From Eledone cirrhosa (taxonomy: Eukaryota): a stretch of 64,000 bases of DNA. The notes under the pieces were generated by a model. That model was given only the letters and a program-made list of their open reading frames with translations. It did no database searches and was not told the origin of the DNA. This document shows, piece after piece, positions 12,880 through 26,400 of the stretch (positions are counted from its first letter, which is position 1; the number at the start of each line of letters is the position of its first letter). The DNA lies in contig OZ024741.1 of NCBI GenBank assembly GCA_964016885.1, positions 132,990,001 through 133,054,000 on the forward strand, given 5' to 3'. A program made the position numbers and the translations under genes.

Positions 12880-15800
12880 CTGTAAAATTTAATTTAAAAT
12901 TATTGCAGGGTGAGGTAAGGTGGAGATTGAAATGATTTAGAGAACTAAAACAAACATTTTATGAAACAAAATGGAATTTATTTTTTAAGTAAAGACTGAA
13001 TTGTGAATAATAACTCAAGTGGTGACCATCATATTCAAACACATAATAGTATGTGCGTAAAAAATTTGTCTGCTATAAAGTTCATACCAAAACAATTTTT
13101 TCTACTTACTACTGGCAACACCTATAAATTTGTGGTGACCATCATATTTAAGTACACAATAGTGTGTGTACATAAAATTTCTACTTACTAATGGCACCAT
13201 AAATTAATGGTGACCACTTACATATTTTTAGACTGCACTTTTCACATTCACAAATACAAATGGCATATGAAACCAGAAAGTAAACTTTAAACCTTTCCAT
13301 GACCAGATTTCTAATGATATACATTATCATCATCATTTTAACATCCACTTTCTCTGCTAGCAAGGGTTGGATGGATCTACATAAACCAAGTCAATACTGA
13401 AGCGGGGCTACTGATCTCCCAGACAGGCCAGGGATCTGTGTCTTACGTTCTACTAAGTGCATAGGAGATATTATCATGCCTGACACAACTGAGGGTCCTC
13501 CAAACTCTTTGTTTGACTAGTTTTCTATAGCTGGATGCCCTTCCTATCACCAACCACCTAACAGCATTATCTGGGTGCATTTATCGTATAGGTCACCAAC
13601 ATGAGGGAGCCGGCCATATCTTTGACATGACTGAGGGGTCCTCCCAGCCCTTTGTTAGTTAAGTAAGAATTTGGGGGGATTTACTAAAATTATTATTTTA
13701 TTACTAAGATGTTTTTGGTAGCATAACTTAACAAAATGACTGTATTATTTTTTTTTTAAATGGCTGGAAGGTTTTAATTTAAATAGAAACCCTTAAAAAT
13801 GGGCGGTTTTGTTTCATAGGAATAGAAGCAGTTTTGGGTGGGTCTATATCAAAGGGGTTAATGAGAGTTTTTAAGTGTTTCAACACTGGCTAAGAGTGGA
13901 AAAGTCTGTACATACTAATGAAGTTATTTCTCAATAATTTACTGTTTCTAGTCTTGTTGCCAAATAACTAAATTTATATTATGTTAAAGGGTTAAAATAA
14001 CAATTTCACAATTTTAAATTATAGATTAAACTTTAAAACTTGTTAGTTTAGAAAATAAAGTATAACCCTATACCATATATCTAATGAAAAATCCTGCTTG
14101 TGATTTATTTTCAAATAATCTTAGAAATAATAAAAAATAGTGTGCATGTGTGGGGGTGTTAGTAATATAATTAAATGGTGTTCTTACATAAAATTGTGAT
14201 GGAAAGTTTTTAGATACAGGATATCTCAAAACTCACTAGACCATTACATATATCTATAAAAAATAGTCTCGTGACTTTTGGGCCACCCTGTACAAGCATT
14301 TTCAAATAAACAGCTTATGGTATAATAGAAGCAGGTATGGTTTGGTTTCAGAAGTTTTAAAATAACATAAATGCCATTCATTCAATAAGAAACACAAGAT
14401 TAACCTTTACATTGTCATATTTCGGATGAAATATACTGCCTATGTTTACAAATTAATTTTGAAAATCTAAAAATTTGGAGGGATTTAGTAAATGCCACAA
14501 CAAAAGGTCCCAACTCCATTTCATAGGGTGGTCATGTTAAAAAGCCCGCAGTCCACCCTCTAATGTAGTAGTGTCGGTGCCACACACAAAAGCTCTCAGT
14601 ACACACAGTAAAGTGGTTGGTTTTAGGAAGGCTGCAAAAAACCAAACCCGAAACTGAAAGTATGAGCAAGATGTGGTCACCTGACCTGTCTAACCCACAT
14701 GATGATGATGATGATGAAAGCTGGTGTTTGGGACAGACCTGAAAATATTCTAAGATAAAATTTAGGATGGACAGTTTTAGTTTAAATATGAGAATTTTTA
14801 CACCATAGAACAAGGGGCAGTTTTGAGCTGGGTTTGGTTATTTAAAGGATTAGATAACAAACTTAAACATAAGCCTTTAGTGTATGTATGAGAAAGATGC
14901 ATATTCTGAATAGTTCTCATTCCTTAAGATATCTATCAGCATGATAATAGTGACTAAGTCCTAGATTTTAGCACACCAGACCTATATAACTGGAGGACAA
15001 TATTCACTACAAATACCATAACTTATAAAACCCTCAATAAAATTTATTTAAATGTGTGCATGGGATAGGATGGGGGGGGGGGGGGGGGATAATCAATTTT
15101 ACTTTCTATAAATAAACTGATTTAAATGGGGGGGGGGGAACAGACACATAAAACTTTCTTAGACCATGGCAAGCAAGCCTGTTATTCAGACCTGTGACCC
15201 AATTTCAATTCTAATGGGCACTGCTGTTGTTTACTGACAGGGTAGGAAGCAACACTATAAAAACACCTGCTGGTGTGAATTAACAAAGCTATACCAACTT
15301 AGTATAGCTCCTACATCCTGCATGTGGTGTACAGCATAGAAATTACTAGCGGAACTATTTAAGCTGTTTCTGTATATTTGTGAAGAGAGAAGAGTTTATC
15401 TCCATTTTATCATTATAAAACTCATTCGCGTGTGTCTATCTGTCTAATACGTGTGTCTGTCTGTCTATTCATCTATCTAAAAAAATAAAGAAATATATCT
15501 ATGTATGTGTGTCTATCGGTCTAATACGTGTGTGCTTGTCTAATACATGTGTGTGTGTGTGTGTGCGTGTTTATCTAATATGTGAGTCTATCGGTCTAAT
15601 ACGCGTGTGTCGATCCATTTCTGATTTAATTCTTTAATACATTGTAATGTTATTGGCAATCTTCAATGATTATTGTGTCGGGAGGAGGTGACAGAGAGGA
15701 CAGATCCTAACTAGAATGTCTTAACTTTAGTTTGACATTTCTCATAGCTACGAGTGCAAAATCTAGAGTTGACTTTGCCTTTTATCCTTCTGGAGAGGGG

Positions 15801-16280
15801 GCAGAGGTCGATAAACAAACTGCCAAGAATGTCCTTGGATTCATTGAATCAGCTATATTTCTCAGTTATGTGGCACTGTGCCACTCTAAATATATATAAG
15901 TTGAACTTTATAACTCAGATTTGATGTCTGCTTGTGACCGAAGTAACTTCGTTTACGCACCACCACCCCACAAAAGGAAGGGTATGAGCACCACACGCGC
16001 TCCTGTACTTATGTAATAAATCAATAGATATGTGACTAATAATAGTATAACGAACAAAACAAAAATAACACGCTGAGTAAACAGGTTTCCTAAAATAATG
16101 ATGATGGTGGTATTTATTTTAACACAGAACGGAGTATAAAAATAACACGTTAGAAAGGAGGGGGGGGGGATATTATAACTAATTAGCAATTTCAGTATTG
16201 TTTATAAATTGTGTAAATTCTATACTCAGACACTTCAAAGATCCTTCTAATAGCAACTAACTGAATGCTATACTAATAAT

Positions 16281-16462
16281 TGTTTCTACTTTTGGCACAA
16301 GGCCAGCAAGTCCCCAGTACATTACTGGTATTTTATTTTATCGACCTCGTAAGGATGAAAGGCAAAGTTAACCTCAGCGGGATTTGAACTCAGATCGTAA
16401 AGGGACGTAACTGTGCTGGAAAGCATATCTGACCCTCTACCGATACTGCCAATTCACCGCCC
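16281..16462 (-). mobile_element. SINE family A, full length, 15-bp TSD
   Basis: TSD TGCTATACTAATAAT at 16266-16280 and 16463-16477. Confidence 0.92.
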
Positions 16463-17199
16463 TGCTATACTAATAATAATAAAAATGTATATAATATTTC
16501 GAAGTTTTCTTTTCGTTTGTTTATTATTTTGGGAGACAGTTGCTTTCATCCTTGCGGGAGTCGCTAAAATAAAATACCAGTAACGCACTGGAGACAATTA
16601 TTTTGGGGGACAGTTTAATAAGAATAATTATTGATCGTATGTATATTTCTCTTTTAAAAAGAAAGAAAAAGCACATGCAAATGTGATCGAAGAAAGCAAT
16701 GTCTAATGTTATAGTGTGACACCTTTTTTCCTTCTTTTTCTTTAATCATAAGGGGCTTAAAAGAATCTTCAAAGGCTAGGTATAAATATATATATAAAAT
16801 AATGATAATCAACAGATATTTAACATGAACAGCAACCAGCTTGCAAGTTTATGAAAACCTAACTTAAATCTTGTTATATATCTTTAGATATGTAACAAAA
16901 AAACAAACTCTGTTGTGTGTGTGTGTGTGTGTGTGTACACACACACAATGAAGCTGTTTTATTGTGTATGTGAGAGAGAGAGTGTGTTTGTGTGCATACA
17001 TACGTACTGTGACTGTTTCATTGTGCGTGTATACACACACAGTGGAGCTGTTTTATTTTGTTTGTGTGTGTGTACACAAGTACAGTAGGCTGTTTTATTA
17101 TGTGTGTGTGTGATGTACTCTGCTTTGTTTTTCTATCTCTCGCGCTCCTTCCTCTTTTTTTTTTATTATTCATCGGTTATTTTATATATGGAGTCTTAC

Positions 17200-17450
17200 C
17201 TTTTTTTCTTTTAAATCTCATCATTCTAGAGCCGAGAGTATCTACGGAGAAAAGTTTGTGGATTTACAAAAAAAAAAAGAAAAGAAACTGAAAGAATCAG
17301 TACACAACATCCAGTGTAGCTGTGTGAGTTGAGGGAGAGATCCCCATAATTGAGAAATGGTTTGGCAGCTAAGTAAATATCCAGTCCCCTACACACGCAC
17401 ACAGTGAGTAAACTTTCATAGAAATCAGCTTTATGAATATACACTATGAC
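17200..17450 (-). other. Candidate first exon of a minus-strand transcript
   Basis: Strong donor AAAG|gtaaga at 17200/17199, Inr-like TCATAGT at ~17443-17449, adjacent to the promoter motif cluster. Confidence 0.45.
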
Positions 17451-17469
17451 CGGTGCCTGTCAATCTCGA

Positions 17470-17590
17470 ACAGGAGGCCACGCCCATTTTACAGAGGAAG
17501 AGGGGAATTTCTTCTGATTGGTCAGATGTCATCATGTGACATGGCGGCACTATATAAACAAGAATACCGTGCGTGCGTCATATAATACGA
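17470..17590. promoter_or_regulatory. Pol II core/proximal promoter, probably bidirectional
   Basis: GC-box GGCCACGCCC (17476-17485), kB-like GGGGAATTTC (17502-17511), reverse CCAAT box CTGATTGGTC (17514-17523), E/M-box TCATGTGAC (17532-17540), YY1-like CATGGCGGC (17540-17548), TATATAAA (17551-17558) and Inr-like TCAT with A at 17580. CpG is locally enriched. Confidence 0.65.
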
Positions 17591-19479
17591 ATACACACGT
17601 TGTGTAGTTGACACCGTAACAAGAGGTTTTCAGTTTCTTTCACTTACTACAGACAGTAGTTCTATTGCAATGCTTCATTAACAATGGACAACTTCTAGTG
17701 TATTATCATATATATATATATATATATGTTTTGAACAATGACAATAAAACAAAAGGCAAAAATAAGCTCTTAATTAGTTCGTTGTTTTACGATCGTTTCA
17801 GAGGCTTGATTGATCATAGTAAATTGACTTATTGATAGTGGTTATGCCACCACATATTACTAGTCTCAATATCCTAGATCCATCTCACCGTCTTCCTCAT
17901 ACGATTGTTTCTGGGGAAGACAATGGGATACAACAGAAAGATTTAATTACTTTAGATCTGTCTTTGTTTTTCGCTTTCTTCTTATATTTATTTCTTTTGC
18001 CCCCCACCAACAAACACACCTCTCGTTTTTGTTTCTTAATTACAGTGGTATTAGATACCTTTCACAATTTGTCGTGGCTTACCTGCTCGACATTGACATT
18101 TAAATTAATTAAATAAATAATTATTATTTCTAACACTGGCACAAGGCCATCAATTTTGGGAAAAGTTGATTATATTGACCCCAGTACTTAACTGGTACTT
18201 CATTTTATCAACCGCAGAAGGATGAAAGGTAAAGTTAACTTCTGCAGGATTTGAACTCGAAATATAAAGGGCTATAACTATATGCCACAAAGCATTTTAT
18301 CTGGCCCTCTACTGATACTGCCAATCCACCATCCATATATATATGCATGTCTGTGTGTGTGTAATCATTTAAGGTCCATTTTCCACACTACTATGGGTTA
18401 GGCAAGGTGTCCCATAATGAGAAAAGTCAGATCAGGTGACCATGTCCTGCTCACACAGAACTGTTTCTGGCTTGTTTTTTATGGCTGGATGCCCTTCCTA
18501 ATGCCAACCATGTTACACGCGTGCAGTGGGTGCTTTTTTATCATAGTACCAAAATAACCAACTGACAACTCAGTGAAGGGATATGAAGGAGCTACATGTC
18601 GCAGATAATATTGCAAAATTGGCAACAAATACAAGTAAAACCTGAACTCTGTAATCATTGGCTGATGAAATAGACATATTCAGTTTCAACCCCTATCAAC
18701 AGTACTGCTGGTCCATTTGGGGTCATCTGTGCTGTACTTTTGTCTCATATTCATCTTGTAAAATAGTCTAAGACAGTGTTTAACTATCTTGTTAGACAGT
18801 GGGACCCTGAATAGACCAACAGTATTGTCAGTAGGATCAAAACTGTGTAAGTCCATTTCAACAGCCAATGACCACAGGGCATTTAAGGCAGATGGGAGAT
18901 GAGAGGTTGCTTCAGTGAATTTGGTATGGAGATTTGATTCTTGGTAAACGCCCCAGACACAAACCCAAGAAACTTTTCAGAGATGCTGTCAAAGGCAACC
19001 TGAAGTCACTTGGTATTAGTGTTGAGGATTAGGAAGACAAGGCAGGGAGTAGATCTGGTTGGAGAAGTTTGGTTTACGAAGGTTGTGATTGTTGAAGTAA
19101 AAAGGATGGAACATTCAAAAGAACACTCAGGAAGGGTGAGGTAGATACAGTCCCGGAGCATATCCAGTTGAAGCATGTCTGTAACATCTGCAGAAAGGTT
19201 GTTCTTTCTCTGCCTGGCTTGCTAGTCATTTAAGAGTTGCGTGTGTTTTCAAGTGATTTTCTCAGCAATGAAAAATATCACAAGTTACAAAGTCTACTAA
19301 TACTAGTTATTGATATAAGTATAAATGTTCATTTCCTGGACACATTTTTTGACTTTGTGATGGGAAGTAGGAAAATTTGGAACAAAATGACAGCAAAAGA
19401 CCACATACATCACAAGTTAAAAATGCTAAAATTATAAACATCATACATGTCTTAGACAGACATCATGTACATTACACAA

Positions 19480-19940
19480 ATCATCATATACAGCTTAGAC
19501 AAATATATACAGCTTACACAGATATCATATATAGCTTACACAGATACCATATACAGCTTACACAAATATCATATATAGCTTACACAAATATATACAGCTT
19601 ACACAGATATCATATATAGCTTACACAGATATCATATATAGCTTACACAGATATCATATACAGCTTACACAATCATCATATACAGCTTACACAAATATAT
19701 ACAGCTTAGACAAATATATACAGCTTACACAGATACCATATACAGCTTACACAAATATCATATACAGCTTACACAAATATCATATACAGCTTACACAGAT
19801 ATCATATATAGCTTACACAAATATCATATATAGCTTACACAAATATATACAGCTTACACAAATATCATATATAGCTTACACAAATATCATATACAGCTTA
19901 CACAGATATCATATATATCACACACAAACATCATATATAA
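19480..19940. repeat. Minisatellite, 22/19-bp units (ATATACAGCTTACACAGATATC)
   Basis: About 20 tandem units visible. Confidence 0.95.
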
Positions 19941-20289
19941 AAGTTCAAGAAAGTAATTAGGATTTCTTTCTTCACCTTCCATAAGTTCAAAGCAATTTAA
20001 AACGTCCAGGCTATTAATTTCATCTTTCATATGTCTTTGTTTTTGATATAGTGATTGAAGCATAAGAGAAAGACACACAAACAATGTGGTTAATAGTCTG
20101 GAATTGTTTTATTATTCCACCACTAATTGACCATTTGATAACAACTTACTGTTTGGAAAATCATTAATTTACAACTTCTTGTTCCTGCTTCACTAAAAAT
20201 CTGAGGTTCTATAAATATATTTAAGTTAAATAACTCTTTAGCAATTCTTTGACTCTCTGGATATCAACTAGTTTCATCCCCCAATACAC

Positions 20290-20425
20290 ACACATACATC
20301 CATGGCTGATATACAGACAATCTAAACATGGCCCCTACACATCCCTGGCTGATATACAGACCATCTAAACATGACCTCGACAGACATTCCTGGCTGATAT
20401 ACAGACAATCCAAACATGACTTCTA
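20290..20425. repeat. 43-45 bp tandem repeat, 3 units
   Basis: TGGCTGATATACAGAC at 20303, 20346 and 20391. Confidence 0.85.
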
Positions 20426-21151
20426 CTAAACTATAACTTGTTTCATCCTCTACACACATCCCTAAGACCCAGAGGTAACATGACCTTGTCTGTTGTTAAG
20501 TATGTCCTTTAGATAAGATATAAGATACCAAAACAGAAGTGTATGCATTATACTTTGATCTTGAAGTTGAAACAACAGTGAGAAGAATATATAAATAAAT
20601 ATGACTAATCTGTTAATAAGCAGGTGGGAGAAAGCTTAATCCAATATGTCATAAACTCTGTGTTTTACATACACACACAGGGTTAAAATGGAAATTGATT
20701 CAACATTTGTAGTGTAGACATTGAGACATCAAAGTTAGTATTCAGCAAACTTATGAAAACTTTAATTATTACATCATGTCAGTAAAAAAAAAATTTTTGA
20801 ATTTGGTCAATAAGAGAGACTTTTAGCCTATTAGAAAAAACTGCCTTAATATCTTAACTCTTCATGTCCGGTACCACACAAAACCACATTAGCAAGACAT
20901 TCTTGAAAAGCACAAAACAACACTACAACTGTATCACATTAAAAATGTAAGCCTTTAGTTTACAGCAGATTTTCACAATTATCTGTCTACTAACAAAGAT
21001 TCTGCAAACATGAATTAAAAAAACACATTAACAAGTTATTCTTAAAGAGTACAAAGCAGTACTATGATTGTGTCTTTAATTCAGTTTACTGCAAATTTTC
21101 ACAATAATCTGTCTACTAGTAAACATACTATAAACATTTGAATTATAAAAC

Positions 21152-21545
21152 CCTTCTTCTTCACCCACTTATTCGTGGGAGGGTTGTGGGGGCAGAGTCT
21201 TCAAACACTCCTTCCAACAGATTCTGTCAGAAGCAATCGTCTCCAATTGATCCAGCTGGATCGCCAAGCAAGACCAGCCAAACTCATTGATGGTATACGA
21301 CTTTGCTCAAGGTTTACCCCTGGGTCTCCTGCCAGTTGGTTTTTGCCTATAAAATCTGTTCAGTGATTCTTTCCTTACACATTCTAGCCACATGCCCATA
21401 GTATTGAAACTGAGATCTCTCAATTCAGAGAAGTAGCAGCTCTACATTGAGTGACTCTCTGACATTCAAGCTACACTCTATTGAGTAACTTTACTCCAAA
21501 AATCCTTTGGAGGAACCCCATTATGGCAGTTTGTATTCACATGTG
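21152..21545 (-). mobile_element. RTE-type LINE 3' fragment
   Basis: Homologous to 56944-57545, 53860-54196 and the 3' end of 42550-43585; ends in a (GAA)n tail on the minus strand. Confidence 0.75.
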
Positions 21546-23234
21546 TTAAGAGTTACATAAAAAAGATACTTTGGATTCTGTAATCCTTGATATACAAAAA
21601 GATGGGATGTTCACAGTTAGAATGTCTTTGATCTGCTGGATCAATGTTGACCTGGGGCTACAACAAAAAGTACTACAACACAGAAAGTTTTCCAAGTATG
21701 ATGCCTGCATAAGAAGAGCTGTGTTGCATGGCAATGAGACATGAGCAGTAAATGCAGAAAATATATGGAGACTAAAGAGAAATGAAGTGAGCATGCTTCA
21801 TTGGATGTGTATTGTGCAAGAGAGAAGACAACACTGGTGTGGACATGTGATACATATAGATGAAGAAGTGTAAGAATGTGCCAGTCAAAGGAGGCTGCAG
21901 TAGAGGAAAACTAAGAAAAACCTGGGCAAAGGTGGTTAGAACAGATCTCAAAATGATTAACCTCACAGAAGAGATAAAAAAAAAAAAACACTACAGTGGA
22001 TGGAGGCTGTGCTAAAAAGACCTGTCCAACCCATGCAAGCCCATAAAATGATGATGATGGTATATCTAGAAGTACCAAAACATCTGAAACAACACCACCA
22101 GATGTTCCAACTTTCATTAGATGATGTTAATTACAAGAAAGCCAGTTTATATGTTAGTCACACAGAAACTACATCTGGCACTTTAGACCTGCAAAGCTAA
22201 TTCATAAACAAAGAAATAAAGGTCTTGCTATAATGAACAAATTGATCATCATCATCATCATCATCATTTTACATCTGCTTCTCCATGATTGCATGGGTTG
22301 GACAGGTCTTTTTAAGCACAGATTCCCTCACACTATAGCATTCCTTCATCATCTCTTCCATCAAGTTTAGTATTTTGAGATCCACTCTTACCTCTCCTTC
22401 CCAGGTCACCCTTGGTCTTCCTATAACTGCAGCTATTTGATAAATAACTCACATTATCTAATTGAAAATGTTGGTAATATTTTCTTACATAAACATTTAT
22501 CTTGTTTGTTTGTTTGTTTTCTCTTAACATAACATTGTTTAGACTCTAAAGAAGTAGAAGAGACAGAAATTATGTTTTAAACAGTCAACTTCATGGGATC
22601 TGCTTATCTCTAGGTGTAACATATACACACACACACACTATCTGTAGGTGTATCACATACACACGCACAACAGGTGTAACACATACACAAGTGTCTAATC
22701 AATAAATTTGATATGTTTATATAAAAACACAAACACACCATAAATAGTGTGGTGTGTGTGTGTCTGATTTAGAATACATATACCCTATCTCTTCATATCA
22801 GAAGCAGCAACTAAAATGTTTGACACAAGGATGGGCATCCAACTGTAAAACACTGGATCCCATGAAGTGTATGAAGCCTGTTATGGAGTCTACATGGCTA
22901 ACTCTTTCTTTATACCAAACCGCCTGAAACTACCATTGGTTTTATCAAACAATTTTATGTATGAACTTTTTCTTAATTTATATTCCAAACACAAACTTAA
23001 TAATAGTTTCTGATTTAAGTACAAGACCAACAATTTTGGGGGAGAGGAAAGTCAATTAAATCAACCCTTAGTGCATTACTGGTGCTTTATTTTATCGATC
23101 ATGTAAGAATGAATGGCAAAATTAACTTTGGCAGGATTTGAACTCAGACTGTAAAGAGCTGTAACTCTATGCCACAAAGCATGGGATCCAACACTCTACC
23201 GATACTACCAATCCACCACCTAAATATAACTTAA

Positions 23235-23478
23235 TAATGATTTCTACTATAGGCACAAGGCCAGCAATTTAAGGTGTGTGTGTGGGGGGGGGGGGATTAA
23301 ATTCACCCCAGTGCATAACTGGTACTTTATTTCATCAACCCCGTAAGGATGAAAGGTAAAGCTAACCTCGGCATGATTAGCTTTGCCATTCATCCTTACG
23401 GGATCAATAAAATAAGAACAAAAGGCAAAGCTAATCCCGCTGAGATTAGCTTTGACTTTCATCCTTACGGGGGTTGAT
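23235..23478. mobile_element. SINE family A copy rearranged into a double foldback palindrome
   Basis: The core CCCGTAAGGATGAAAGG.AAAGCTAA is followed twice by its reverse complement. Confidence 0.8.
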
Positions 23479-26400
23479 TTTCTTCCAGATTCTTGATTAT
23501 TTTCAAAATGATTTGATAATCATAGGCAATGACTTGAAAGTGTTAAAACAATTGTGTAATTAACTTGTACTTCAAATTTCAAAGCATAAAATATCATTAT
23601 TTATGACATAACGAAATTTAATTCAAAATTTACTGAGTAACTGTAGCAAAATAGGAAACTCTGCTAAACTGTTTATGCTTATTCTCAAAAAAATATTAGA
23701 AATACATTGTTCTTAAAAATGGACTAGTCTTTTAATAACATTTGTTACTAAAGAACAACCGTCCCATCCATGTGTTTTCTAAATCAAATTTTTAAAATCA
23801 TCAAAAGATTTATTAGTAGGGTTTTTTTTTTTTGGGGGGGGGGGGGGGGTCCTTAATATTATTGGCCCTTAACTTTTGATTGAGTCATAGGGTACCTTAC
23901 TGATATACAGTATATCTTGGGTATTTGAAACCTGAAGGAGCCCATCCCGCCCAAGGTCTGAACACAACTGTTTTTTCGAAAGAAAGTGAGACAAAGACAT
24001 AGAGGAAGAATCCACCCCAGTACATGACTAATACTTTTTTTCGACGGGATTTGAACTCAGAGTGCAGAAAGCCAGAACAAATATTCTAAATCATTTTATC
24101 TGATGTTCTAATTACTCTGTTAATTCACTACCTTCGTTTTTGTTCTAGAAATATATAAAAATTCTAGTAGACAAAACACTCCACATAATGTAAGATATAG
24201 AAAGTTTTTGTTACAGAAGAAAACTTAGTTAAATCAATATATACATAAAAACTAGAATTGCTATATTTTGATGTATCAAAAAGAAAGATGGTTTTCCAGG
24301 CAATTTATTTACTCAAGATATGCTTGATCGTTTTATCATGACGCTTTTCCTTCATGCTTGATTTAGCATGAATATATGGGTAAAATTAACTTTTGAAGAA
24401 ATTTCTCTCAGTACTAATAGACCATAGCCAATTAAATGTCATTTATCTTATCAAATGTAGTTTTGCTTTGAAATAATAACATGCTGAGAATCCTATAAAT
24501 GTCAAAGTATATGTATAAATGAGTTTGTATGCCATGAGAAGAGAAATATTGGTGCTCAGGGATGGAATCTCACCCCTGAGAGCAAAGAGTAGTTGAAAAA
24601 AAAATTCAGCTAGTTAAAAATATGTTTCTCTCTCAATTGAAGAGTTAACCCCGAAATATCAGATTCCTCTTCTTTCCCTAGCATACAAACTCATCTCACC
24701 TTTTGAAGTTCACTCTATAATTGTTGCAATGAAGAGCACTATCAGTTTGTTCATAGTCTGTTATTTTATATTATAAAATATATCTTTGTAAAATTACTTA
24801 CATCCAAACTTTTAGGTTGCATCCAGACATTCAAAATATTATCATCATCATCATCAACATCCCCATTTAGCAGTGGTTTCAAAATTTTGTACAACCTGCC
24901 CCACCTCAACAACTCAAAAATTATGGAAGGATTAAAGGCAAAGTTGATCTCAGTGAGATTTCAATAACAATAACAAAGCCAACAATTTGGGGAAGGGGAG
25001 GGGAGTTGATGAAATTGACCCTAGTACTTTATTTTATCAACCTTGAAATGATGAAAGGAAAAGTTGACCTCTATGACAAATACAAGTCATTTCATCTGAC
25101 ACATCAACCATTCTGGGAATCCACCACTCTTAAATCTTCTTCACCCACATATTCCTGGGAGGGTTGTAGCAGCAGAATCCTCAAGCACTCCTGTGTGTAG
25201 TTCCACTTCATTTGGCAGATAAATAAAGGGCTGAGATTTTCTGTTTTCTGGTTTCACCTGGAGCAGAATTTCCAGGCTGATCCCAAACAAGCACTCATTC
25301 TAGCTTATTATTACATCCAGGAATGTGTTAGCCTCTTTGGGGACAACACAGGCCAAGATCCATAGATGTTCAAACCTAGTGGGATACCTGATATCCTTAG
25401 CCTGAATGTTCTTTTCGAGAGGTATATCAAAAAGACAAACTCTTCATTGTGATGGATGAACATGGAATGTTTTCGCATGCAAGGTCTTCACTTTTGAAGA
25501 GACCTCTACATTGGCAAACTGTCTTGCTCTTGCTATGTAGGCCACATATGACCATATCTTTTAGGGTCTTCCGCACCTGAATTATCAATGCTGTTTCTGG
25601 GTGTCAGCCCTGTAGTAGCACACAGTGGTAGGTTTTCTGTTGCATTTTTCTGGTGTTAAATCAGGTGGCACCATTATTGCAACTTTTCCACCTTCTATTT
25701 TCAAAATGTGCTTGTTATGAGCCAATTCAACACCTCTATTGTCCATTGCTAGTGTGTTGTATTGTTGTTTCAGCCACTGGTGTTTTTTGTTGTTTCTGTC
25801 ACTTGTTGTTGTTGCTGTTTATGGTGTCGAATAATAATATTATTTTCCTTGGTGCTTTTTTGTTTTTGTAGTGATAGTGGTGGTGGTGGTGGTGGTGTCA
25901 GTAATATTATTTTCCTTGTCACTTACTGCAATTCTAACACCCCACCCCCACCCCCTTCTTCAGTTTAAAATAAAATAGTTTTCATTTGAGGCTTTGAAAG
26001 CTTTCAGGATTGCAGATGCTGACAGCTTCTGTCAGTTGTGGAAACTCCTGTCATATGAGCACACACACACACACATATATATATATAACATAAAGAGTGG
26101 GGGGAATGGTAGAGCATGTTGTTCATATGACAACTCTATCTTGAAACTTCCCTCTATTACAAAGGGAGGCCTGCTCCAATGGAAACAAATCTTTTCTAAC
26201 TATATGGCTAGAAAAATTGGATTGTTCTTTTTTTTTAATAGACCAACTTCTGTTCACTTAAAATAGTTTAAAAACAATATTGAAAATCAAAGTTAAGTGA
26301 TAAAAAGGAGGAGTCGAATTGATACACCTCTAAAGCAAACAAGTGAAATAATAATACAGAATAATAATAATACAGAACAGCCTGCTCATGCAAGTGTCTG

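Noticed and set aside
12900-12920. Plus-strand 6-nt microexon cag|GGTGAG|gtaagg
   Set aside because: No pyrimidine tract, and it lies upstream of the plus-strand promoter.
19480-19940. Regular arrays superficially like CRISPR (also 40375-41545, 45405-45712 and 11200-11790)
   Set aside because: Head-to-tail tandem units without unique spacers, no cas genes, eukaryotic context.
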